43,214 nt of DNA from a virus (lineage: Duplodnaviria; Caudoviricetes). Positions 8,874 to 16,336 of the stretch are shown piece by piece. A model generated the notes under the pieces. The model was not told where the DNA came from. It did not search any database and saw nothing but the letters and a program-made list of their open reading frames with translations. The translations under genes and the position numbers were made by a program. The stretch lies in IMG/VR virus record IMGVR_UViG_3300020045_007770, positions 1 through 43,214 of that record, one strand, 5' to 3'. The number at the start of each line of letters is the position of its first letter. Position 1 is the first letter of the stretch.

Positions 8874-9098
8874 ATGGCCACAGCAACTGACAGGGCACTG
8901 CGTATTACCCGCGAGCAGCTCGATTTCCTGGAACAGTACTTCGAGGCGCTTGTCAATATCTGCGACGAGGCCAAAGCCGAAATCGAAGTCCTCAAAGACC
9001 GCCTTCTGGTGCAAGAGTGCCGCACCGAAGAAGCCGAAGCCCGTGCCGACGCCCTCCAGGAGCAGCTCGACCGCTTCCACCATCTCAAATCCCTCTAA
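8874..9098 (+). CDS. coiled-coil hypothetical protein
   Basis: Directly follows 8871; helical composition. Confidence 0.7.
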   Translation: MATATDRALRITREQLDFLEQYFEALVNICDEAKAEIEVLKDRLLVQECRTEEAEARADALQEQLDRFHHLKSL

Positions 9099-9107
9099 GG
9101 AGTCGGC

Positions 9108-10100
9108 ATGACCCGTCCCATGTTCCCTAACTGCGTAGACAGCACCATGCTTGCTGCCTTTCGCTCCTGCCCCCAAAAGATGTACCGCCAATATGTCGAA
9201 CACTGGAAACCCAAAGAAACCTCCGTCCACCTTATCGCGGGAGGAGCGTTTGCTTCTGGTATCGAGGCTGCTCGCAAGTCCTTCTATGTGGACGACTCCA
9301 CCGCCGAAGACGCTGAAAGTGCTGGTCTGCAGGCCCTCATCCAGCATTACGGTGACTATCAATGTCCCCCGGACTCTGCAAAATCTCTTGAGCGGATGTG
9401 CGGAGCCCTTGAGTTTTACTTCCAAGCCTACCCGCTTGGTGCGGACGGTGCGGACCCCGTTGTGTTCTCTGGTGGACGACGTGGTATCGAATTCTCCTTC
9501 GCCGAACCCCTTAACATCAAGCACCCTGTCACTGGTGATCCCATCCTCTACACGGGCCGCAGTGACATGGTGGCTCACAGAGCCGGCGGAGTCTATGTCT
9601 ACGACGAAAAAACCACTTCCAGCCTCGGAGCTTCCTGGTCACGCCAGTGGGAAATGCGATCCCAATTCACCGGATACCTGTGGGCCCTTGCCAAACAAGG
9701 AATAAAGGGCAATGGTGCCATCGTGCGCGGGGTATCCATCCTGAAGACCAAATACGACACCCTTGAAGTTCCGACCTATCGCACTGAATACGAAATCGAA
9801 CGTTGGCAGTCCCAGGCCGAACGTGACATCCAGCGCATGATCCAGTGCTGGCGAGACGGCTATTGGGACTACAACCTCGACACCGCCTGCACCGACTATG
9901 GCGGTTGCACCTTCACCCGTGTGTGCAAGTCCTCGGACCCCGAAACCTGGCTCCCCGTTTACTTCGAGCGCAAGGTCTGGGACCCCCTGGCGCGCAAGGA
10001 ACTCACCATTGATGAGCACGAAAAATCCTGGGGGCACACACCCGAACAAGCTGCTCAGCTGACGGCTGAACTCCGGCAAATGCTTTCAGGAGCTTCCTGA
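9108..10100 (+). CDS. PD-(D/E)XK exonuclease, Cas4/AddB-like with probable Fe-S cluster
   Basis: N-terminal SCP, catalytic RSD...YDEKTT, Q-x3-Y (SQFTGY), C-terminal CTDYGGCTFTRVC. Confidence 0.85.
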   Translation: MTRPMFPNCVDSTMLAAFRSCPQKMYRQYVEHWKPKETSVHLIAGGAFASGIEAARKSFYVDDSTAEDAESAGLQALIQHYGDYQCPPDSAKSLERMCGALEFYFQAYPLGADGADPVVFSGGRRGIEFSFAEPLNIKHPVTGDPILYTGRSDMVAHRAGGVYVYDEKTTSSLGASWSRQWEMRSQFTGYLWALAKQGIKGNGAIVRGVSILKTKYDTLEVPTYRTEYEIERWQSQAERDIQRMIQCWRDGYWDYNLDTACTDYGGCTFTRVCKSSDPETWLPVYFERKVWDPLARKELTIDEHEKSWGHTPEQAAQLTAELRQMLSGAS

Positions 10101-10345
10101 TGTTCGCTTTCACCTGCACCATCTTGTGGACGGCCTTGGCCATGGTCTTTGCCGCTCTACTCCTTTTCCTCATCCTCTTCAACCTCGCAGTTTTCCTTGA
10201 AACCTTCAGGAGCCACGATGACCCAACAGACTACATTGTTCCCGCAGGAACCCCTCTCCCCACTATCAACCATGAGCCTTCGCCTCCAGTTCCTGGAAGA
10301 AGCCCTTGCCGAAATTGCGGGGATTGTTCGGGCGACTGCCACTGA
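10100..10345 (+). CDS. possible membrane protein (overlaps 10218..10493)
   Basis: Start abuts upstream stop, RBS AGGAG, long N-terminal hydrophobic segment; 3' half overlaps next gene. Confidence 0.4.
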   Translation: MFAFTCTILWTALAMVFAALLLFLILFNLAVFLETFRSHDDPTDYIVPAGTPLPTINHEPSPPVPGRSPCRNCGDCSGDCH

Positions 10346-10493
10346 CGCCTCGCAAGCCAAGCACCTTGACATGGTGATGGCACGATGGTTTGAACAGAAT
10401 CAACAGTTGCAGGCAATGGTCAAGGCGGCCATGTCGGTGGAAAAGCCAGCTCAGCGCCCCAAGTCTTCCCTCATCCTGCCACCTGGACACTAA
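10218..10493 (+). CDS. hypothetical protein
   Basis: RBS AGGAG before ATG 10218; C-terminus SSLILPPGH. Confidence 0.65.
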   Translation: MTQQTTLFPQEPLSPLSTMSLRLQFLEEALAEIAGIVRATATDASQAKHLDMVMARWFEQNQQLQAMVKAAMSVEKPAQRPKSSLILPPGH

Positions 10494-10498
10494 CCCAA

Positions 10499-10825
10499 AT
10501 GGACCAGCACTTCATCATAGAAGGTCAGTACATGGGCACGGCCATTCGCTCATTCGTCAAGCGCCAAGACAGCGTTGACATTCCCTTGAGCTATGCCTAT
10601 TTCTGCCCTACCTGTGGTGAAGTGTGGGCCAGGGCTGTGTGTGAAAACCGCCCGTTCTTTGTCTGGACCGTTGGTTGCCGGAAGCATCAGCAGTATAACT
10701 TCCTTATAGCAGGCAGCCTCATGCTCCCCCTCGAACCCGACTTCAATGCCATCCTGCCACTTGACGTCCTCAAGTGGGAACTCGAACGCCACATCGATTT
10801 TTACCTTGCCAAGGAGGCTGCATAA
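10499..10825 (+). CDS. Zn-finger hypothetical protein
   Basis: CPTCGEVW...CRKH. Confidence 0.7.
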   Translation: MDQHFIIEGQYMGTAIRSFVKRQDSVDIPLSYAYFCPTCGEVWARAVCENRPFFVWTVGCRKHQQYNFLIAGSLMLPLEPDFNAILPLDVLKWELERHIDFYLAKEAA

Positions 10826-11175
10826 TGGACATCCAGCTAGGCATCGACACGGTGAGTTTGCACTCGCAATCTGGCCGCAATACTGTAACCCCCGGCATTT
10901 ACGCTATCTACAATGGCACCATGGCGGGCGGGATTATGCGCAATAGTTGGGGGCGGATTAGCCGCTATGGTGCATGGGTATGGTCCGACAAAACGGGGCA
11001 TTGGGGGCTCATGGTAGGTGGCATAACGGGATATTCCCGTGCCCGCGTGCTACCCCTCGCGCTCCCCTCATATCGCCTCACAATCGCCCCCAATGCCTAC
11101 GCCCGATTGTCCGCCATCCCTAACCCATGGGGCGCCAGTGCCCTCCACCTGTCGTTTGAATATCAACTGAAGTAA
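10825..11175 (+). CDS. beta-strand-rich protein resembling small outer-membrane beta-barrels
   Basis: RBS AAGGAGG; SLH...PGIY...RNS...S.Y...GGITGY...LP.Y...LSFEY; no signal peptide seen. Confidence 0.65.
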   Translation: MDIQLGIDTVSLHSQSGRNTVTPGIYAIYNGTMAGGIMRNSWGRISRYGAWVWSDKTGHWGLMVGGITGYSRARVLPLALPSYRLTIAPNAYARLSAIPNPWGASALHLSFEYQLK

Positions 11176-11185
11176 AGGAGCCACC

Positions 11186-11368
11186 ATGCGCGGCACCCCA
11201 GAACCAAAGGATGTTTTCAATGCCCCGCAGAAGCAAACGCCACCACAGCCGCAAGCCGCCACTGAAACCTGGAGGCCATACACTGACCGTAATGGTTCCA
11301 TCCGGAAGGGTATTGAAGTCAGCTCTTCCGGGAAATTGCGAACCAATTTGCCACTGCCTAAGCCCTGA
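11186..11368 (+). CDS. small hypothetical protein
   Basis: RBS AAGGAG. Confidence 0.6.
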   Translation: MRGTPEPKDVFNAPQKQTPPQPQAATETWRPYTDRNGSIRKGIEVSSSGKLRTNLPLPKP

Positions 11369-11396
11369 ATTATCAACCACTACGAAAGCCCAAGCC

Positions 11397-11729
11397 ATGT
11401 CCAAAGAATCTCGCATCCCCAAGACAAATCGCACCATGCATCGCCTTACTCGTCCGCAGATGTTTGAACTGATCCGTTACGTGCAAGAGCATTTTACAGC
11501 GTCCGGTCTTACCGATGCCCTGTTCGCCGCTCAAGCGTCTGGCGCACTCAGCATGACCGTTATGGGCAGCCACATATCTGGTATCCGTGAGGACTTTGGC
11601 ATTGCCTCTAACAGGAAGCCGAAAGCAGCTGTCGTAGCAGACGCTTTGCTGTTCGAGCGTCTCGCCTCCCTGGAAGCCCAGGTCCAGCATCTGCAGACTC
11701 TCGTTCAGGATCTGCGTCTCCGCCCCTAA
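11397..11729 (+). CDS. hypothetical protein, possible DNA-binding with C-terminal coiled coil
   Basis: ATG 11397; ends ERLASLEAQVQHL. Confidence 0.65.
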   Translation: MSKESRIPKTNRTMHRLTRPQMFELIRYVQEHFTASGLTDALFAAQASGALSMTVMGSHISGIREDFGIASNRKPKAAVVADALLFERLASLEAQVQHLQTLVQDLRLRP

Positions 11730-11731
11730 CA

Positions 11732-12043
11732 ATGGCCTCCCCCCGCACCCCGTCCACCTGCATAGTGGACCTCATTGCCTCCTTGATGTGGTATCCGCAA
11801 ACCTTCCACACACTCATGGAAGCCACGGGTGCGGGGCAGTCTGCCACCCACAGCTGGCTCAAGGCCCTAGAATCCGCAGGTATCATCTACCGCTTTGGTC
11901 GTCTGCGGCCTCGGTCTGGGAAGGCGGGGTGCCACGCAATCATCTGGGCCATGCAGCCAAAACCATTTCACTTCGAGAACAGCTCAAAGCGCTATAGCTT
12001 CGAAGAACTCTCTTCACTACAGAAAGGCAGTACCAATGTCTGA
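11732..12043 (+). CDS. winged helix-turn-helix protein
   Basis: PQTFHTLMEATGAGQSATHSWLKALESAGIIYR matches a wHTH pattern. Confidence 0.65.
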   Translation: MASPRTPSTCIVDLIASLMWYPQTFHTLMEATGAGQSATHSWLKALESAGIIYRFGRLRPRSGKAGCHAIIWAMQPKPFHFENSSKRYSFEELSSLQKGSTNV

Positions 12044-12512
12044 ACCTCTCCCCAAATCCACCCTTCCCGGAGTCAATGTATCTGCCTCTGCACAGGAAAG
12101 GTTCTTTCAATACGTTTCCAGGGGGCCTGGCTGTTGGCTGTGGTTGGGTGCGACTGATCCTAACGGGTATGGGCGTTTCTGGTTATTTGGCCGTATGAAG
12201 CTGAGCCATCACGTGTCCTACTGGATACATGGGGGCATTCTCCAGCAGCCTTACCTGAGGCACATATGCAATAATCCTAGCTGCGTAAATCCTTCGCATC
12301 TGCTCGCAGGAACTCATGCAGAAAACATGCGTGATGTAGCAGTGGCTGGGACGCATGGTAACAGAGTCCTTAACCCACAAGACGCCTGGGAATGCCATCT
12401 AGCAGGATTCGGACTAACCCAGATCGGACAGATATTCGGTGTCTCAAAGCAGGCTGTTAGAGCTGCTCTTATACGAACTTATGGAAAGGATAGATATGAG
12501 CAACGAGCTTAA
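12036..12512 (+). CDS. HNH homing endonuclease
   Basis: CWLWLGA...GYGRF...HHVSY...RHICNNPSCVNPSHL..GT..EN; C-terminal HTH (LTQIGQIFGVSKQAV). Confidence 0.88.
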   Translation: MSEPLPKSTLPGVNVSASAQERFFQYVSRGPGCWLWLGATDPNGYGRFWLFGRMKLSHHVSYWIHGGILQQPYLRHICNNPSCVNPSHLLAGTHAENMRDVAVAGTHGNRVLNPQDAWECHLAGFGLTQIGQIFGVSKQAVRAALIRTYGKDRYEQRA

Positions 12513-13341
12513 CCAAAAATCCACATTGCCTGGAACTAATGTCCTCTTGATGGGCCCCGCAGGCACCGGCAAGACCTACTCCCTCGCCACCCTCGCCGAA
12601 GCTGGAGTCGAAGTCTTCTACCTCGGCCTCGAACCTGGTCTCGAATCCCTCTTGGCCTACTTCACCGACAAGGGCAAACCCGTCCCCGACAACGTTCACT
12701 GGCATATCCTCGACGCTCCCAAGGCTTCCTTTACTGAGTTCCTGGAGTCCGCCACCAAAGTCAACACGATGGCTTTGGATTCCCTGGCCAAACTCCAGGA
12801 CCCGAATCGCTCAAAGCACAACCAGTTCATCAAACTCATCGAAGCTCTCAACAACTTCCCCGACGACAGGACAGGTCAAAAGTATGGCTGCGTTGACACC
12901 TGGACACCCTCACGCGCTCTGGCTGTGGATGGCATGGCCGGCCTTGCTCGCGCTGCCATGTCTCTCGTGGTGGGTGGCAAACCAGTCCGCAACCAATCTG
13001 ATTGGGGCATTGCGCAGGATCAAGTGGAAAAGATCGTGCGCATGTGGACTGATAATTGCCGCTGCCACTTTATTTTGCTGGCGCATGTGGAGCGCGAGAC
13101 TGATGCGATTCTTGGTGGGGTGAAGCTGATGGTCAGTACGCTCGGCAAGGCCCTGGCCCCGAAGCTCCCGCCTATGTTTTCGGATGTGATCCTGACCGTG
13201 CGCGAAGGCTCGAAGTTCTCTTGGGACACTGGCAGTGCAATTGCGGATGTGAAGACACGGAACCTGAAGATTGCACAGGGCCTGCCTGCGGACTTCGGGA
13301 CGATTATTGAGAAGTGGAAGAGCCGTGGGGGTGTGCTGTGA
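12496..13341 (+). CDS. P-loop ATPase, Sak4/AAA_24-like
   Basis: LLMGPAGTGKT, LAVDG, SDWG, ILLAH; context of nuclease plus SSB. Confidence 0.8.
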   Translation: MSNELNQKSTLPGTNVLLMGPAGTGKTYSLATLAEAGVEVFYLGLEPGLESLLAYFTDKGKPVPDNVHWHILDAPKASFTEFLESATKVNTMALDSLAKLQDPNRSKHNQFIKLIEALNNFPDDRTGQKYGCVDTWTPSRALAVDGMAGLARAAMSLVVGGKPVRNQSDWGIAQDQVEKIVRMWTDNCRCHFILLAHVERETDAILGGVKLMVSTLGKALAPKLPPMFSDVILTVREGSKFSWDTGSAIADVKTRNLKIAQGLPADFGTIIEKWKSRGGVL

Positions 13342-13544
13342 GAGTCCTGCCACTGCACAGGGAGTCGCACTACCCTGACACCAACCATCCTGTCAGGATC
13401 GAGCTTTCCGCTGAACAGGCCCACCGTCTTGCCAGTTTCCTTGAACTTTACAGTACCCCAGGTTCCATTGCCAGTCATCTGGCCGTAGCAATTGCAAATG
13501 CCAGTGTGCACGGGAAGCGAACGTTTGACGATTTTGTCGCGTAA
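13338..13544 (+). CDS. small hypothetical protein
   Basis: GTGA overlap with upstream stop. Confidence 0.45.
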   Translation: MRVLPLHRESHYPDTNHPVRIELSAEQAHRLASFLELYSTPGSIASHLAVAIANASVHGKRTFDDFVA

Positions 13545-13553
13545 ACCCCTCAC

Positions 13554-13569
13554 ATTACTAATTTGTAAT
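13554..13569. repeat. dispersed 16-bp palindrome copy 4
   Basis: CCCCTCAC-ATTACTAATTTGTAAT-CCCCTCAAT. Confidence 0.9.
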
Positions 13570-13757
13570 CCCCTCAATCTATCCCAAAACCACCGCAAAC
13601 TGTGGGACAAACACAACATCCCGCATATAATCAACCCTCGGACACAATCCGAGCTAGTCAACCAGCGAGGCAACCTACCATGAAATCCTAACCACACCCA
13701 GCCCTTTCCTTTCCCAAGATTCACTTTTCTTTTTCCATTCTTTTTTGAAAGCCTACC

Positions 13758-14204
13758 ATGTCCTTTGATGCTCAATCCTTCCTCGACGCTTCCGTTTCCG
13801 GCGCCAACTCCACCAAGGTCATCCCCTGCCCCATCGGCGAATACATGGGCATTATCGAAAAGGTCGCCCCCCGCCAGTGGCAATCCAAGGACGGCACGCA
13901 ATCCGGCGTGGCCATCGACATTTTCTGGCTGATCGAAGACAGTAACGTGAAAGCCCTCCTGGGCCGTGATGTCGTCAGCGTGAAGCAAGGTCTGATGCTC
14001 GACCTGACCCCGCAAGGCGGCATCGACATGGCCGAGGGCAAAAACGTCGGCCTGGGCCGCTTGCGTGAAGCCGTTGGCAAGAATGACCCGGATGTGGCGT
14101 TTTCCTTCAACAGCCTGCCGGGTTCTGCCGGTAAGGTTAGCGTGTCCCATCGCGTGAGCGGCGAGGATACGTTCGCGGAAGTGAAGGCCGTCGCTAAGCT
14201 GTAA
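13758..14204 (+). CDS. probable single-stranded DNA-binding protein (DUF669-like OB fold)
   Basis: P.GEY.G.I motif and beta-rich pattern, downstream of Sak4-like ATPase; function from context. Confidence 0.6.
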   Translation: MSFDAQSFLDASVSGANSTKVIPCPIGEYMGIIEKVAPRQWQSKDGTQSGVAIDIFWLIEDSNVKALLGRDVVSVKQGLMLDLTPQGGIDMAEGKNVGLGRLREAVGKNDPDVAFSFNSLPGSAGKVSVSHRVSGEDTFAEVKAVAKL

Positions 14205-14336
14205 ACTTTTGTGTCAGAAGTATGCTGGAATGTGGTATGGGGCGTCCGGTGACCAGGCGCTGAGCCACGGCTTCAGACATTCCAGTGTGGCGACTTGGTT
14301 ACATCGCCCTGACCCTTTTCCTTTTCAGGACAAGTC

Positions 14337-14480
14337 ATGAAATCAAGCTACCCTTCCCTGCGTGACATCTGGCCCACGCTTGGCGACTCCTATAGGCGCC
14401 CTTCTCCCGGACGGCATCAGTCACCCAGTTTCACCAAGAAAGGCCCTGGCCGCAAGCATCGCCAGGGCAAGTCTACGTAA
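14337..14480 (+). CDS. 47-aa basic peptide
   Basis: Hand translation MKSSYPSLRDIW...KKGPGRKHRQGKST; RBS AGGA. Confidence 0.45.
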   Translation: MKSSYPSLRDIWPTLGDSYRRPSPGRHQSPSFTKKGPGRKHRQGKST

Positions 14481-14515
14481 CCACTCACACCCACTTCTGC
14501 AAGGAACACTCCCCC

Positions 14516-14764
14516 ATGACCACTCCCTACATTGGCCAGCCCGTTTTCTTCTACACCCGTTATGACTCCCCGATCCGATTCGGTCATGTCGTCTCTTTGG
14601 GACTTGAAGGAACAGCCAACATTGTCGCCCACGAACCGACCAGCCACCTGCAGGCCTTCTACGAAAACATCCCCGAAGCGACCATCGAAGACCATCCGGC
14701 GCACATCCCCGGCGAGAACACCTCCGACTGGTTCTACACTCCGGCAGTTGTTCCGGCGCCGTAA
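14516..14764 (+). CDS. hypothetical protein
   Basis: RBS AAGGA; TPYIGQPVFFY start. Confidence 0.7.
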   Translation: MTTPYIGQPVFFYTRYDSPIRFGHVVSLGLEGTANIVAHEPTSHLQAFYENIPEATIEDHPAHIPGENTSDWFYTPAVVPAP

Positions 14765-14936
14765 CCAGCCCTAACTTTCCCCCTTCAGCTCGCCGCGTGC
14801 GGGCTTTCCCACTGAAAACGCCATTCCATAATCCCCGAACGTCATTTGACCGGAGAACCCTGCCACCAGACATCCCCAACCCTTCCTGCCGCAGCACGAG
14901 GGGTTTTCTTCTTCCACATCAACCATCAGAAATTGT

Positions 14937-16304
14937 ATGCAACTCATCAAGGTAAGCGACATCATCATTCGGGAGAACCGCCAACGTAAGCAATTTGATC
15001 CTTCAAAACAAGGCGAACTGCAGCAATCTATTGCCAATGGACAGTTGCTGCATCCTCCTGTCCTGCGGCAAGAATCCGACGGCATGGTTCTGGTGGCCGG
15101 TGAAACCCGCATTCGCGCCATCCAGGATATGTGGATGCTCGGCGGCAGCCTTCGCTACAACAACACACCCATTCCCGAAGGCTACGTCCCCTACACAAAT
15201 GCCGGTGAACTCACGGACCTCCAGGCCGAAGAAATGGAGTGGGAAGAAAACGAAATCCGCGAGAACCTCACTTGGCAAGACCGCAGTGCCGCAATGGCGC
15301 GCCTCCATTCCATCCGCAGTCGCCAAGCCCAAGCCGCTGGCCGCATCCACACAGTCGCCGACACAGCAATGGAGGTCCACGGCCGCAGCGACGGCGCCTA
15401 CCAAGATCGCGTGCGCAAGGACATCATCGTCGCAAAATATCTGGACAATCCCCTGGTCGCCAAGGCCAAGGATGCTAACGAAGCATTCAAGATTCTCAAG
15501 CGAGTTGAAGAACAGAAAAAGAACGTTCGGCTCGCGGCCACAGTCGGCAAGACCTTCTCTTCCCAGACGCACGAGGCCCATCATGTCAACTGCCTTTCCT
15601 GGCTTAAAGCTTGCGAGGATGACCAATTTGATGTCATCCTTACGGACCCTCCCTACGGCATGGGCGCGGACACCTTCGGCGACGGCGGGGGTGGGCGGCT
15701 CGCCAACAACGAACACCACTACAAGGATGACTACGATTCGTGGCTACGTCTCATGGTCGAATGGTGCCCTTTGTCCTATCGTGTTGCCAAGCCCCAAGCC
15801 CATGCCTACGTCTTCTGCGACCTCGACAACTACCACAAGCTCAAAGAACTCATGCAATCCGCCGGCTGGTACGTCCACCGCACACCCCTTATTTGCACCA
15901 AGCCCAACAGCGGCCGCGTGCCCCTCCCTGACCAGGGCCCTCGCCGCCAATGGGAAATGATCCTGTATGCAATCAAGGGCCGCAAGACTACCACCGCCAT
16001 TTACCCCGATGTCATTACCACAATGGCAGATCCGGGCGTGGGGCACGGCGCTCAGAAGCCCGTTGCACTCTACACTGATCTCCTGCGACGCAGTGTGCAT
16101 CCGGGCGACACAGTGCTGGACTCCTTTGCCGGAAGTGGCACCATTTTTGCTGCTGCCCACCCATTTAAGGTCAAGGCAACTGGTCTGGAAATGAGTGCAG
16201 AATACTACGCCATGTGCCTGGAGCGCCTGAAGGCCTTGCAAACCCCCCAGCAAGAAGCAGCCGGCGTAGCGTTGGCACGAGAACTGCAGTCGCTGATGGC
16301 CTGA
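14937..16304 (+). CDS. ParB/Srx-domain plus N6A/N4C DNA methyltransferase fusion
   Basis: N-terminal NRQRK...SI..GQLLHPPVL...LVAGETRIRA...EENEIRENL; MTase motifs ILTDPPYG, H.AQKP, LDSFAGSGT (beta-class order). Confidence 0.88.
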   Translation: MQLIKVSDIIIRENRQRKQFDPSKQGELQQSIANGQLLHPPVLRQESDGMVLVAGETRIRAIQDMWMLGGSLRYNNTPIPEGYVPYTNAGELTDLQAEEMEWEENEIRENLTWQDRSAAMARLHSIRSRQAQAAGRIHTVADTAMEVHGRSDGAYQDRVRKDIIVAKYLDNPLVAKAKDANEAFKILKRVEEQKKNVRLAATVGKTFSSQTHEAHHVNCLSWLKACEDDQFDVILTDPPYGMGADTFGDGGGGRLANNEHHYKDDYDSWLRLMVEWCPLSYRVAKPQAHAYVFCDLDNYHKLKELMQSAGWYVHRTPLICTKPNSGRVPLPDQGPRRQWEMILYAIKGRKTTTAIYPDVITTMADPGVGHGAQKPVALYTDLLRRSVHPGDTVLDSFAGSGTIFAAAHPFKVKATGLEMSAEYYAMCLERLKALQTPQQEAAGVALARELQSLMA

Positions 16305-16336
16305 TCATAATCCACACCACAAACTAGCTATAACCC

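Noticed and set aside
13020-14150. Long antisense ORFs (e.g. 13020..14150 -, 8706..9578 -, 36505..37515 +, 34633..35379 +)
   Set aside because: Shadow frames of well-supported genes on the opposite strand, expected with GC-rich codon bias
14212-14313. tRNA or hammerhead ribozyme
   Set aside because: No T-loop GTTCRA or cloverleaf, and no CUGANGA/GAAA core; kept only as a generic structured-RNA candidate
14995-15960. 321-aa alternative-frame ORF inside the ParB-MTase gene
   Set aside because: Ser/Pro/Thr/Arg-rich off-frame composition with no RBS or motifs
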